NCBI GenBank assembly: GCA_965204725.1
Contig: OZ242005.1
Span: forward strand, 4,256,001-4,320,000
DNA: 64,000 nucleotides
Reading direction: 5' to 3'
DNA from: Candidatus Latescibacterota bacterium
GTDB lineage: Bacteria > Latescibacterota > UBA2968 > UBA8231
Below, piece after piece: positions 47,350-56,196 of this stretch (position 1 is its first letter; each line of letters starts with the position of its first letter). The notes below the pieces were generated by a model that worked only from the letters and a program-made list of their open reading frames with translations, did not search any database and was not told the DNA's origin. Position numbers and translations under genes: made by a program.

Positions 47350-49092
47350 TCAATAGACCAAAGGCACGATCGCAGTCTTGCTCTCCGTACCTGTATCGGT
47401 AGCGACTTCCACGCGCACGAGGTAAACTCCCGGCGATAGCATTTGTCCGTTGTCGTCCGCGCCGCCCCAGACTCTCTGATATTTTCCACTGATGGCGAGG
47501 TCGGAGTAGATCACCCTTCTGAGGTTGCCGGCGAGGTCGTAGATTTGTACCGACACCGGAGTACCGCCTGTCAGGTTCGCGATATCGTAGGTGACGGTGG
47601 CTTGGTCGTTGACTCCATCGCCATTGGGCGTAAACGGAGTTGGGGCAACCTCGAGGAAGTGGATGCGGTTGTCGGCGACCCGGGTGGTGACCGACAGGTC
47701 GTCGCCCTCGGCGACGGGGTCCGCGTCCACGTCTCCCTCGACGAGCGTCTGCGGCAAGTTCTGCGGTCTCTGGGTGTCGGCGACCCTGCCGATGAAGACG
47801 GTGTTGTAGTGCAGCGCGATGCTCTCGAACACGACGCGCAGCAGCCGGTCGTCACCGGTGATCCTCGGGAAGCTAATTCGGACGCCGACGATGTTGCCAT
47901 CGTCTTTGATGTCCTCCTGGTCCCACGCCACGTCGATCCCGTCGATCTGGACCGATCGGATGACCTCCACCGGCGCCTGCGTCTCGATGTCGAGCCGGTC
48001 GAAGCCGCTGCTGTTGTAGCTGCGCACCCAGTAGGTCAGCTCGGTCGCCTGCCCGATCACGGCGTCTTGGGGCCACACCTCCCCCACCACGGAATCGGCC
48101 AGTGCTGGCGAGACCTCCACGGCGATCGAATCGACCGTCGCGGCCGAAAGGATGTCGCTGCTCTGGAACAGAACGCGAAACTGCCAGTACTGGCGAGGCG
48201 CAGGTGATGCGATCGGTGTACGGACTCCGGCCGGATAGGGGACAGACCATCCGCTCCACGCTAGGCTATCGCTCGGGTCCGGCGTGTGGCCACTTCGGGT
48301 AGATACGGTAGCAGATACCTTGGTCGGCTCTCCGATCGTCTCCTTAGCCCACGTTATACCGCCGAAGATGGCGGGCCGATCCTCATCGAACACCTTTGAA
48401 ACGTATGCAGCAGCAGATGTGAAACCTTCGCCGAAGATCTCAAACTCGTCGATCTCCCATTCCCCTCGAACGAGCTGTTTCACCTCTATGAAACGCACGA
48501 ACTGCAGCGGCACCGCTATATCGACGACCGGGTCGAGATTGCGCTCGACTGTCTTGAAGAGTCTGAGATCGGGATTTCCGGCAACGGTCTGCTGCTCCTC
48601 GCTGCCGTCGTTCAGCCTCACGAGGTAACCCTTCAGGAAGAACTCTTCGAACCCTGCGCGGGGGAAAAATCTGATCCTGTTGACTCCGAAACGCTCGCCT
48701 AGATCAAATCTCAGTATGATCCCTGTGGCTGACGGGATCTTGATTTCAAAGGCCGTGTTCCTGCCGTCCACCATGTTGTCCAACAAGTCCTCGAATTCAC
48801 TCTGGGTGACTTCGAGGACCGTGCGCGCATTTGGCGACGTTATTTGCCCTCCCCTTTCGATCAACTTCAGGGAGATATTGTCTTCAGGATCGTTCTGTAA
48901 AGGTTGAATGGAACCGGGATTGGCTGCGAAATCGATGACCGCTACCTCGGAATACTCCTGATCCCAGGCGCGGGAACCCGGCCCCCCTCCGAAGACGATC
49001 GTCTCTCCATTGCCTGCCGCCGCAAGTCCGAGGAGAGCTACGGACAGAACGGGCAGGGCCACTGCTCTATGAGGTGATGTTCCAGTTATCAC
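47350..49092 (-). CDS. Secreted protein with PTPFTPNGDG/FlgD-Ig C-terminal domain (paralogue 2)
   Basis: APTPFTPNGDGVND, IYDLAG, WGGADDNG..LSPGVYL, ends VPLVY. Confidence 0.85.
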   Translation of the reverse strand: MITGTSPHRAVALPVLSVALLGLAAAGNGETIVFGGGPGSRAWDQEYSEVAVIDFAANPGSIQPLQNDPEDNISLKLIERGGQITSPNARTVLEVTQSEFEDLLDNMVDGRNTAFEIKIPSATGIILRFDLGERFGVNRIRFFPRAGFEEFFLKGYLVRLNDGSEEQQTVAGNPDLRLFKTVERNLDPVVDIAVPLQFVRFIEVKQLVRGEWEIDEFEIFGEGFTSAAAYVSKVFDEDRPAIFGGITWAKETIGEPTKVSATVSTRSGHTPDPSDSLAWSGWSVPYPAGVRTPIASPAPRQYWQFRVLFQSSDILSAATVDSIAVEVSPALADSVVGEVWPQDAVIGQATELTYWVRSYNSSGFDRLDIETQAPVEVIRSVQIDGIDVAWDQEDIKDDGNIVGVRISFPRITGDDRLLRVVFESIALHYNTVFIGRVADTQRPQNLPQTLVEGDVDADPVAEGDDLSVTTRVADNRIHFLEVAPTPFTPNGDGVNDQATVTYDIANLTGGTPVSVQIYDLAGNLRRVIYSDLAISGKYQRVWGGADDNGQMLSPGVYLVRVEVATDTGTESKTAIVPLVY

Positions 49093-49129
49093 TTGCTGAA
49101 CACGGCTCCTTGGTGTTCTGTCGCGGAGA

Positions 49130-51910
49130 CTAGTAGGCGACGCGCACCAATCGATGGACCGAGGTTTTCTTCTCGGATGTCGAATCCACTTTTAGGTCGA
49201 TGCGCATCAGATAGATCCCCGGTGGCACGACCGCTCCCGACGGGTCGACGCCCGTCCACGTCACCGTATGACGGCCGGCCGTTATGGTCGTCTCGGCTAT
49301 GCGCACCACCGGTCGGCCGGCTAGATCGTACACGTCCACTTGGACCGGTGCCGAACTGAGCACTCGCAGCAGCGAAAAACGGACCTCCAGCTCGTCGTTG
49401 ACGCCGTCGCCATTGGGCGTGAAAACGCGATCGACCTGTAGATCCCCCAGCAACTCGCCGCGCTCCAGTGCCAACACCACCGTCGTCTCGCTGTCCACAA
49501 CCCCGTTGGCATCGCCGTCATCCACCCGCTGCCACGAGTTGGCGAACGCCGAGTGCCCCGTGGAGCCGATGAAAAACGTGTTGTACCCAAATATGGTCGC
49601 CTCGAACTGAAGCTCCACCAGCGCGGAGCCACTCGTCGTCTTAATCGCAGCCGGCAGCCGCACCCACAGCGAATCCGTCTCCATCACCACCTCGAACCCC
49701 TCGCTCTCCGCCGAATACGTCACGGCGTCCTGCCCCGTCACGGCTACATTCACCTGTTTCAGCGTCATATCAACGCCGTCGGGTGCCTCGATAAGGATCT
49801 CGTCGAACCCCCTACTGCTCGCCTTGAAGGTCGAACGGATGAAATACGATAGCTGCTGCTTCGCGCCGATCTCCTCCAGACGCGAGGGCAGTATCTCGCC
49901 CACGATCGCGCCGGCCACCGGCGTCACGAAGTTCAGTGCCACCGAACGCAGCGTGGCCGCCGCCTTGGGGTCTTCTGTCAGGAAGATCGCCCGGATGGCG
50001 GCGAACCGTCTGGGACTGGGCGAGGTAATTTTTGCGCCTGAATCGAAGTAAGGCTGACTCCAGCCGCTCCAGTCATTGCCCGGGCGCGTCTCGGTTATGA
50101 CCGGCCCTACCGAAGCATCCCCGAAGAACTTCTTATCCGTCTCGTAGGCGTTGGCCGCCTCCTCTTCGGTGCCCGGGTACAAATCCCCGTTCTTCTTGTA
50201 GTAGCGGGTTATGCTCTCGACCGTATCGCCGGTTCGGGTTTGCAAAATTATATTCGCACCCGGCGGCACATCGGCCTCCCACTTGATGGAAGCTAGGTTC
50301 CTAGGGGTCCGCGCCACCTCTATGAACGGGGCCTCCCCGCCGAACTCAGACGAGATCTGCGCCTCCGGCAGGAAGCCTTCCCCGAAAAACTGGACCTCCG
50401 ACACCCCGTGACTCCCTTGCCCGGGCTCGTACGTGGAGCGGTCGTGGAGCCTATAGGTAAAGGCAAAATGCTCGACCTTCGTGAGCGGGAACTTGAAGTC
50501 GTGGAAATTCTGCCCCCGCACGATGTCGCTGAGCGACCCCACCGTCTTCCAGGCCAGTTCGCCGCCGGCATTGGTGGAGCCGTCCGAGAGTTGAATGCGG
50601 TAGGCTCTGAACGGAGGTGGGTTGGGGAGGGCGTGGAGTATTCTGATATTGTCCACAAAGTAGGAGCCTCCGAGATCTATGAACATCGAGCGCTCCGCAT
50701 CCCGCGGATCCGCAATCGGCAACTTGTTGGGATCGTAACTCCCGTTGGCAGACCAGAACACGACCTCGCCGAAGAGGTCTCCATCTACCACGGCCGCCCC
50801 CTTGTTGATATTCTCCTGGGCGCTCACCCTGCCGCCCCGCTCCAGTACGCCCGTGCCGATGTTGTCGCCGATGGTCCAGACCTCGATCTCGGCCAGCCTC
50901 GGCATTTCGCGGCGGTAGTAGATTATCGGCCCCTGCCGCTCTGTGCCCGCCAGAGCTTCCCAATCCTCTTTCCCATCCAGCAACCTCACCTCCCCCGACA
51001 CTTCTCGCCGGAAGTGATCTATCTCTCCCTGTTGGTCGGCTGGCAGACCGTCGTATTCGGACTGAGAAACCTGCCTCGCCCTGCCGAAGTCGCTGTCCGT
51101 GATCCCCACCCCGACGTATTGGATGACGTCGCCGGTGAAGTCGCCCAGTGCATCGGGCCACTTCGTCGGTAGCTGTTTGGTCAGATCGATCTCGAAAACC
51201 CGCTCGTTCTTGATCGGTTTGTCCGTGGTAAAGCGCGTTCGGAAAAGGAGCTGACCGAGCGTTTTCTGTCCCTGTGAAGTGATCACCTTGAACTGAAGAA
51301 AAGGGTCTCCCAGATCTTCACCGACAAACTTGAGGACGATCTTGGTGGCCGATACCGTCCGCCCCAGATCGATCTGCACCCACCAGTCCTGCAACAGGTC
51401 GGAGGGGTCCGGTTCCCAGAAGGTGTCCATCCTGCCATCCATGAGGTCGATGCCGCTCGAGCGATTGGATCCGGCATTCAACACACCGCCGCCGAAATCG
51501 ACGGCATTGAGAGCGGCGTTGATGCCGGGAACCACCACTTCCTCGCCATCTATTTCCAGTCTCGTGTGCTTGCGGATGAAGGCGGGTTTCACTCCCTCAT
51601 CGCTGATCTGGACCGTGTTGGCAGCGGAGTGCCAGCGTTCCCAATGCGCCTTGGAATCGACGACTACTCTGCCTGACTGTAGCGAATACCCCTCCTGTCC
51701 CCAGCACGGACATACCGCCGACAACGTCAACGCGGAACAGACGAGTGCCGCGCGGAGGGGGTCCGTTAGCCGTTGAGCGCCGATCCATCCCCGCTCGCGG
51801 TGTTTCCTACCTACGCCGTGCGGCACTCGGGTTCTCGTCGAGTTCAGCGATAGCGCCGTTGAGCGCACTTCGTTCTCCTTATCTTGCTCCCGAGCTTGCG
51901 CCCCGCTCAT
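49130..51910 (-). CDS. Secreted protein with two discoidin-like domains and FTPNGDG/FlgD-Ig C-terminal domain (paralogue 3)
   Basis: IDLG motifs twice, VFTPNGDGVND, VYDLAG, PPGIYL, ends VRVAY; start uncertain. Confidence 0.83.
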   Translation of the reverse strand: MSGAQAREQDKENEVRSTALSLNSTRTRVPHGVGRKHRERGWIGAQRLTDPLRAALVCSALTLSAVCPCWGQEGYSLQSGRVVVDSKAHWERWHSAANTVQISDEGVKPAFIRKHTRLEIDGEEVVVPGINAALNAVDFGGGVLNAGSNRSSGIDLMDGRMDTFWEPDPSDLLQDWWVQIDLGRTVSATKIVLKFVGEDLGDPFLQFKVITSQGQKTLGQLLFRTRFTTDKPIKNERVFEIDLTKQLPTKWPDALGDFTGDVIQYVGVGITDSDFGRARQVSQSEYDGLPADQQGEIDHFRREVSGEVRLLDGKEDWEALAGTERQGPIIYYRREMPRLAEIEVWTIGDNIGTGVLERGGRVSAQENINKGAAVVDGDLFGEVVFWSANGSYDPNKLPIADPRDAERSMFIDLGGSYFVDNIRILHALPNPPPFRAYRIQLSDGSTNAGGELAWKTVGSLSDIVRGQNFHDFKFPLTKVEHFAFTYRLHDRSTYEPGQGSHGVSEVQFFGEGFLPEAQISSEFGGEAPFIEVARTPRNLASIKWEADVPPGANIILQTRTGDTVESITRYYKKNGDLYPGTEEEAANAYETDKKFFGDASVGPVITETRPGNDWSGWSQPYFDSGAKITSPSPRRFAAIRAIFLTEDPKAAATLRSVALNFVTPVAGAIVGEILPSRLEEIGAKQQLSYFIRSTFKASSRGFDEILIEAPDGVDMTLKQVNVAVTGQDAVTYSAESEGFEVVMETDSLWVRLPAAIKTTSGSALVELQFEATIFGYNTFFIGSTGHSAFANSWQRVDDGDANGVVDSETTVVLALERGELLGDLQVDRVFTPNGDGVNDELEVRFSLLRVLSSAPVQVDVYDLAGRPVVRIAETTITAGRHTVTWTGVDPSGAVVPPGIYLMRIDLKVDSTSEKKTSVHRLVRVAY

Positions 51911-51933
51911 GTCGGAAACGCCGTTGAGTGCCG

Positions 51934-51973
51934 AAAAAAGGGGGGGCGAGGATCAACGATCTCGCCCCCCCTT
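51934..51973 (-). terminator. Strong intra-operon intrinsic terminator
   Basis: Minus strand GGGGGGGCGAG...CTCGCCCCCCC followed by T6. Confidence 0.88.
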
Positions 51974-52014
51974 CAACAACAGCTGTCTTGGGTCCTTACA
52001 GCCGACCTTTCCCC

Positions 52015-52929
52015 CTATTTGGAGAAGCCCGCCTTAATGCGGCCCCAACTGTCGTCCTCGACCGATGTGTCGTCGGAGTCGGGCACCCAGTTGTTTGCGT
52101 CAAAACCAAGTAGCACGTAATCTACCAAGGAGTCGGCGTTGAAGTACATGTTGATGTCGCCAGTGGAGACCCAGTAGCCGTTGTACGAATTGCCTGGGCC
52201 GTTGTCATCGTCCTGAATGGCCATGCCGATGCCCATGACTTGGCCTTCCTGCAAGTCGTGAATTTTCAGGTCGGGATCGTCGGGACCGGTCGAACTGGCA
52301 GGCAGGTCGTCGAAGGTGGTGAACCAACTCTCCTGAAAGAGGGTGGCGGGTCCACCGGCCTCGCCCTCGACGTTCCATCTGATGCCGGCGTAAGGCTCCA
52401 CGGAAGCCCATACTCCGCCGCCCCACAACCACAACTGAGCCTCCTGATGGAGCGACTGCTGCCAGTCCTGCGCGGCGGCCCCGGCCCATCGCTCTGGATC
52501 TAGGTCGATAGATTCCACGCCTTGGAACTGCCCGCCGCTGTGGTCGGCATCGAGCACGAGCTCGAGTTTGTCGTTGGTGTCTTCGATGGTGCCGTACCAG
52601 AGGTCGTCGAACCTTTCCTCCATGACGTACACAAGGTTGGTCTCTGGGCTCCAGCCGACGATGAGGCGCTCGGCGAGATTGCCCGGATCGGGGTCACCTT
52701 GGGTGCCCGTGACGACCTCGATGAGGTCATTGTGGGTTACCCAGAAGACAGACGGTACGTTGTCCCAATCGCCGAGATCTCCGTCCATCACGACGTTCCT
52801 GACTCCATCGACATCGATGGGCACCTGTACCGCCGCCCAGTTCCGGTCTGTCCGCTGGTGGGCCGAACTCGGAGTAAAGGAGGCGAGGACGAGGCCCAAA
52901 ACGGCAGCTATGATGATAATTTTTTTCAC
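52015..52929 (-). CDS. Secreted CBM9-like domain protein with C-terminal SWGRIK tail
   Basis: GTG start with AAGGAG SD; signal VKKIIIIAAVLGLVLA..SSA; similar to 36639 protein; ends TSVEDDSWGRIKAGFSK. Confidence 0.85.
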   Translation of the reverse strand: MKKIIIIAAVLGLVLASFTPSSAHQRTDRNWAAVQVPIDVDGVRNVVMDGDLGDWDNVPSVFWVTHNDLIEVVTGTQGDPDPGNLAERLIVGWSPETNLVYVMEERFDDLWYGTIEDTNDKLELVLDADHSGGQFQGVESIDLDPERWAGAAAQDWQQSLHQEAQLWLWGGGVWASVEPYAGIRWNVEGEAGGPATLFQESWFTTFDDLPASSTGPDDPDLKIHDLQEGQVMGIGMAIQDDDNGPGNSYNGYWVSTGDINMYFNADSLVDYVLLGFDANNWVPDSDDTSVEDDSWGRIKAGFSK

Positions 52930-53178
52930 TGTTGCTTCTCCTTTCATCATGTAGAATGATGACTGCTACTACTGCGTTGATTGTATGAAATGAGGACTTT
53001 TCCCTTGAACTGAACACCTCCTTTCATCGCATCAATATGGAAATTGCAAGAGCAATTCGGCGTTAATATGGGGAATTATGCCCGGAGATACAAGGAAAAT
53101 CGAGGGTATCCATTTAACCGGACTTGGGGTATCTTATGAAGGACTTCCTCACTTGGGTAGTTCTTGCTTAAGGCGTAG

Positions 53179-54657
53179 ATGATGCAGACACAAACGGGAC
53201 AAACCATTAAATGGTCTAGAAAAACCATCATATTCATCGACATCCTTTTGGTTCTTATCCCCCTTCTACTGCTCATAGGACTAGAGCTCTATTTGCGCCA
53301 TATTCATTACGGCCTCGATGACAGGCTATTTATCCCTATGCCTGATACTCAGTATGACCTCGATGATAGGTCACACATCCCTCAAAGCTCTTCTTTTACT
53401 TACCAACTCAATCAGGAGTTGTACCGAAAGTATTATTTAACAAATAATCCAATGCTCAAACATCTAATGCCTAAGATAAGCATGAAACAGCAGAAATTTG
53501 AAAAGGATTTTCGCATCTTTTGCCTCGGGGGATCAACGACGAGAGGGCCGTTTCCCACGCTACTTCACGAATTATTAAAACGTTCTAAAGTGGATAAAAC
53601 GGTAGAAGTGATTAACTTGGGAATAGATACCTTTAATAGTTATCAGGTTCTCGACATCACGAAAAAACTTCCTCAGTATGATCCCGACCTTTTGATCATT
53701 TATATGGGACATAACGAAATTTATGGACCAGTTGGCGTGGCATCGAATGTGGCATTGGGCACGTCCCGAGGAGTAATCAATCTGATTTTACGATTACGCG
53801 AAATTAAGATATTTCAGCTAGCAAACAACTTTTACTTAAAATTAAAAACACCTTCCAATCGATTTGAAAAGGAAAGATCGCCATATAAAATGATGGTAAA
53901 CAGTTCCCTTGCTCCTCGTCATCCTCTACGGGGACAAGCCATTGAGAATTTTAGGGGAAATCTACATGAAATTATTTCTATTGCAAAGCACCATCAAATC
54001 CCTGTGATTTTAGGGACGATCGTTTCCAACCTTCGAGATTGGCGTCCATTTGATTCAGAACCTCCGCCATCTTCCCTCGATGTTACCCAATGGCAACAGT
54101 TATTAAAGAATGGTAAGGCTGCATTTGAACAAGATCATCTAAAAGAGGCGGAACATATCTACCAGACAGCAGTTGAACTTTTCCCAGATCATGCCCAAAC
54201 TCATTTTGATCTGGGTCATGTTTACCTTGCCCAAGGACATCGAGATAAAGCTAAACGATCCTTCACAAGAGCAAGAGACTTGGATATTTTACCGATCAGA
54301 GCCCCATCAGAGGTAAACGAAACCATAAAAAATGTTGCCAAGGAAACAGACGTCATATTAGCAGACCTTGAAACCGTATTCCAAGATTGCGATCCCAAGA
54401 GTGTGATTGGCAAACCAATGATTGTTGAACACCTGCATCCTTCAAATGAAGGATATTATTTGATCGCAAGCCACCTGACCCACATCATTCTTAAAGAAGG
54501 GTTTTTGACGGCGAGCAAAAAATTGGATTTTGATGATCTATCGTTAAAAAGAAAACTGGCTATAGGGAAACTGGATAAAGGTGCCCTTGTTCGACTCAGA
54601 CGTATGTTAAGGATATGGCCATTTAACATCAACAATGAAAGTTATCATTATCCTTGA
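53179..54657 (+). CDS. SGNH/GDSL hydrolase-like membrane-anchored protein with TPR (AT-rich gene)
   Basis: RIFCLGGSTT, INLG, YMGHNE, EHLHP; TPR segment HAQTHFDLG. Confidence 0.82.
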   Translation: MMQTQTGQTIKWSRKTIIFIDILLVLIPLLLLIGLELYLRHIHYGLDDRLFIPMPDTQYDLDDRSHIPQSSSFTYQLNQELYRKYYLTNNPMLKHLMPKISMKQQKFEKDFRIFCLGGSTTRGPFPTLLHELLKRSKVDKTVEVINLGIDTFNSYQVLDITKKLPQYDPDLLIIYMGHNEIYGPVGVASNVALGTSRGVINLILRLREIKIFQLANNFYLKLKTPSNRFEKERSPYKMMVNSSLAPRHPLRGQAIENFRGNLHEIISIAKHHQIPVILGTIVSNLRDWRPFDSEPPPSSLDVTQWQQLLKNGKAAFEQDHLKEAEHIYQTAVELFPDHAQTHFDLGHVYLAQGHRDKAKRSFTRARDLDILPIRAPSEVNETIKNVAKETDVILADLETVFQDCDPKSVIGKPMIVEHLHPSNEGYYLIASHLTHIILKEGFLTASKKLDFDDLSLKRKLAIGKLDKGALVRLRRMLRIWPFNINNESYHYP

Positions 54658-54714
54658 ACTTAAAAGGAAGTCACAGAAGACCTGCATCGCCGCCGATCGT
54701 GTTGGCCTCTTTTC

Positions 54715-56166
54715 TCAGACAGGTAGCCGCGTGAACTGTAGGCTGTACAGGTCGGCGTCGCTGAGGACGAAGTGCAGGCGCACCGGTTTGTCGGCCAAGC
54801 CGCGGAGGTCGACTTGGCCCTTCCAAGTGACCATGCGGTCTAGGGAGTCGCCGTAGATCTCGTCGCAGTCGCGCAGAGTGTACCCCTTCAGTGCCTTGCC
54901 GTCGCCATCTTGGATCTCGACGCGCACCGAGCCGACAGCGGAAGTGCCTACGTTCAGGCTCAGGGCACCGCCCTTGAAGGTAAAGGGCCGCGTGATTAAC
55001 TCGCCCCCCTTCAGCGGCGCGTTGGCGGACACGAAGCCATCCACGCGCACCGTGAAGCGCCGCAGCCGGGCGGCTTGGCTGCCGTAGTACCCCTCGGAGG
55101 TAAAGATCGACAGTTCCTTCGGTGCTGTAGGAAGATCGCTGACCGTCTCCAGAATGCCCCAAGCGGTCATGTTGTTGCGAGTTTCCCAGCACTCTGGCTG
55201 TAGGCCGGGCCGCACGAGGGCCTCGCCCCAGCGCTTGAAGTGCAGGCCGTCGCGGCTGGTCATGTACACGCCGTCCGATACGCCGCCGCCCCGGTTGCCG
55301 GACATGTAGCGATCCGGCGACAGGCGCTTGGGGAAGCCCATGTAGATGTGCGGGGCCCGGTAGTAGGGCGTCACCGCGTTCGTGTAGAGATGCTCTAGGG
55401 GCGCGTCGCCGAAGTCGAGCAATTGTGGCTTCGTCCAACGGCGGAAGTCCGTTGAGGTGCAGGTCATGATCTGGCGAAAGCGCACGCCGCCGGGGTAGAT
55501 GGAGTCTCGGTAGTATCCGACGTAGCAGCCGCGCAGCGGGTCGTAGAAGGCCAGGTTCTGCGAATCGAAAACATTGGCCCCCACGGTGTGGTCCATCACC
55601 GGTTTCTCCGACAACAAGCTCCAATGCACGCCGTCCGGCGATTTGAAGGCGAAGAGGGCCTGCTCTTCGTGGTTGCGTGCGCTCGGGCTGCCTAGGGCCT
55701 TGTACTCCTCGCCCTCCCGGCAGTTCGGGTTGCGGTCACGGAAGGGCGTGAAATTGAGCGAGCCGACGCCGTCCCAGATGATGTTGTTGCGCGTCGATCC
55801 CTTATAGTTCACGAGGCCCAACTCCGGCCGGTCCCACTTGATGCCGTCGCGGCTTTCGGCGTAGCACACCACCGGCTCGTAGGTCCCGGACGAGTCATAG
55901 TGGGCACCGCGGTAGTAAGCGCGGAACAGATTGCCGTCTTGGAACACCGTGTAGTAGCCGCAGGTGTTGCCCTCCCACGGTACGTCGTGGTTGATTGCCA
56001 CGTTCCGCGGTACCGGCTTCTGCAGGCGCAGCTCGACGCCGCGCAGCCGTTCGATCAGGTAGTCGTCGACGAACAGTTCGCGCCTGTCGCCCAGCTCAAT
56101 GACATCCGCCGGGGCGATGCGGGCGGTCTTTCTCTTCGTCGGCTTCGCTCTCTTCCTCTCGGCCAT
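54715..56166 (-). CDS. Putative five-bladed beta-propeller glycoside hydrolase-like protein
   Basis: ELFVDD, S.DGI.W-type Asp-box repeats, FDSQN, R.DGFVS; start MAERK preceded by AAGGAG. Confidence 0.65.
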   Translation of the reverse strand: MAERKRAKPTKRKTARIAPADVIELGDRRELFVDDYLIERLRGVELRLQKPVPRNVAINHDVPWEGNTCGYYTVFQDGNLFRAYYRGAHYDSSGTYEPVVCYAESRDGIKWDRPELGLVNYKGSTRNNIIWDGVGSLNFTPFRDRNPNCREGEEYKALGSPSARNHEEQALFAFKSPDGVHWSLLSEKPVMDHTVGANVFDSQNLAFYDPLRGCYVGYYRDSIYPGGVRFRQIMTCTSTDFRRWTKPQLLDFGDAPLEHLYTNAVTPYYRAPHIYMGFPKRLSPDRYMSGNRGGGVSDGVYMTSRDGLHFKRWGEALVRPGLQPECWETRNNMTAWGILETVSDLPTAPKELSIFTSEGYYGSQAARLRRFTVRVDGFVSANAPLKGGELITRPFTFKGGALSLNVGTSAVGSVRVEIQDGDGKALKGYTLRDCDEIYGDSLDRMVTWKGQVDLRGLADKPVRLHFVLSDADLYSLQFTRLPV

Positions 56167-56196
56167 TTCCGGTCTCCTTTCTGTATTGCGGCCCAC

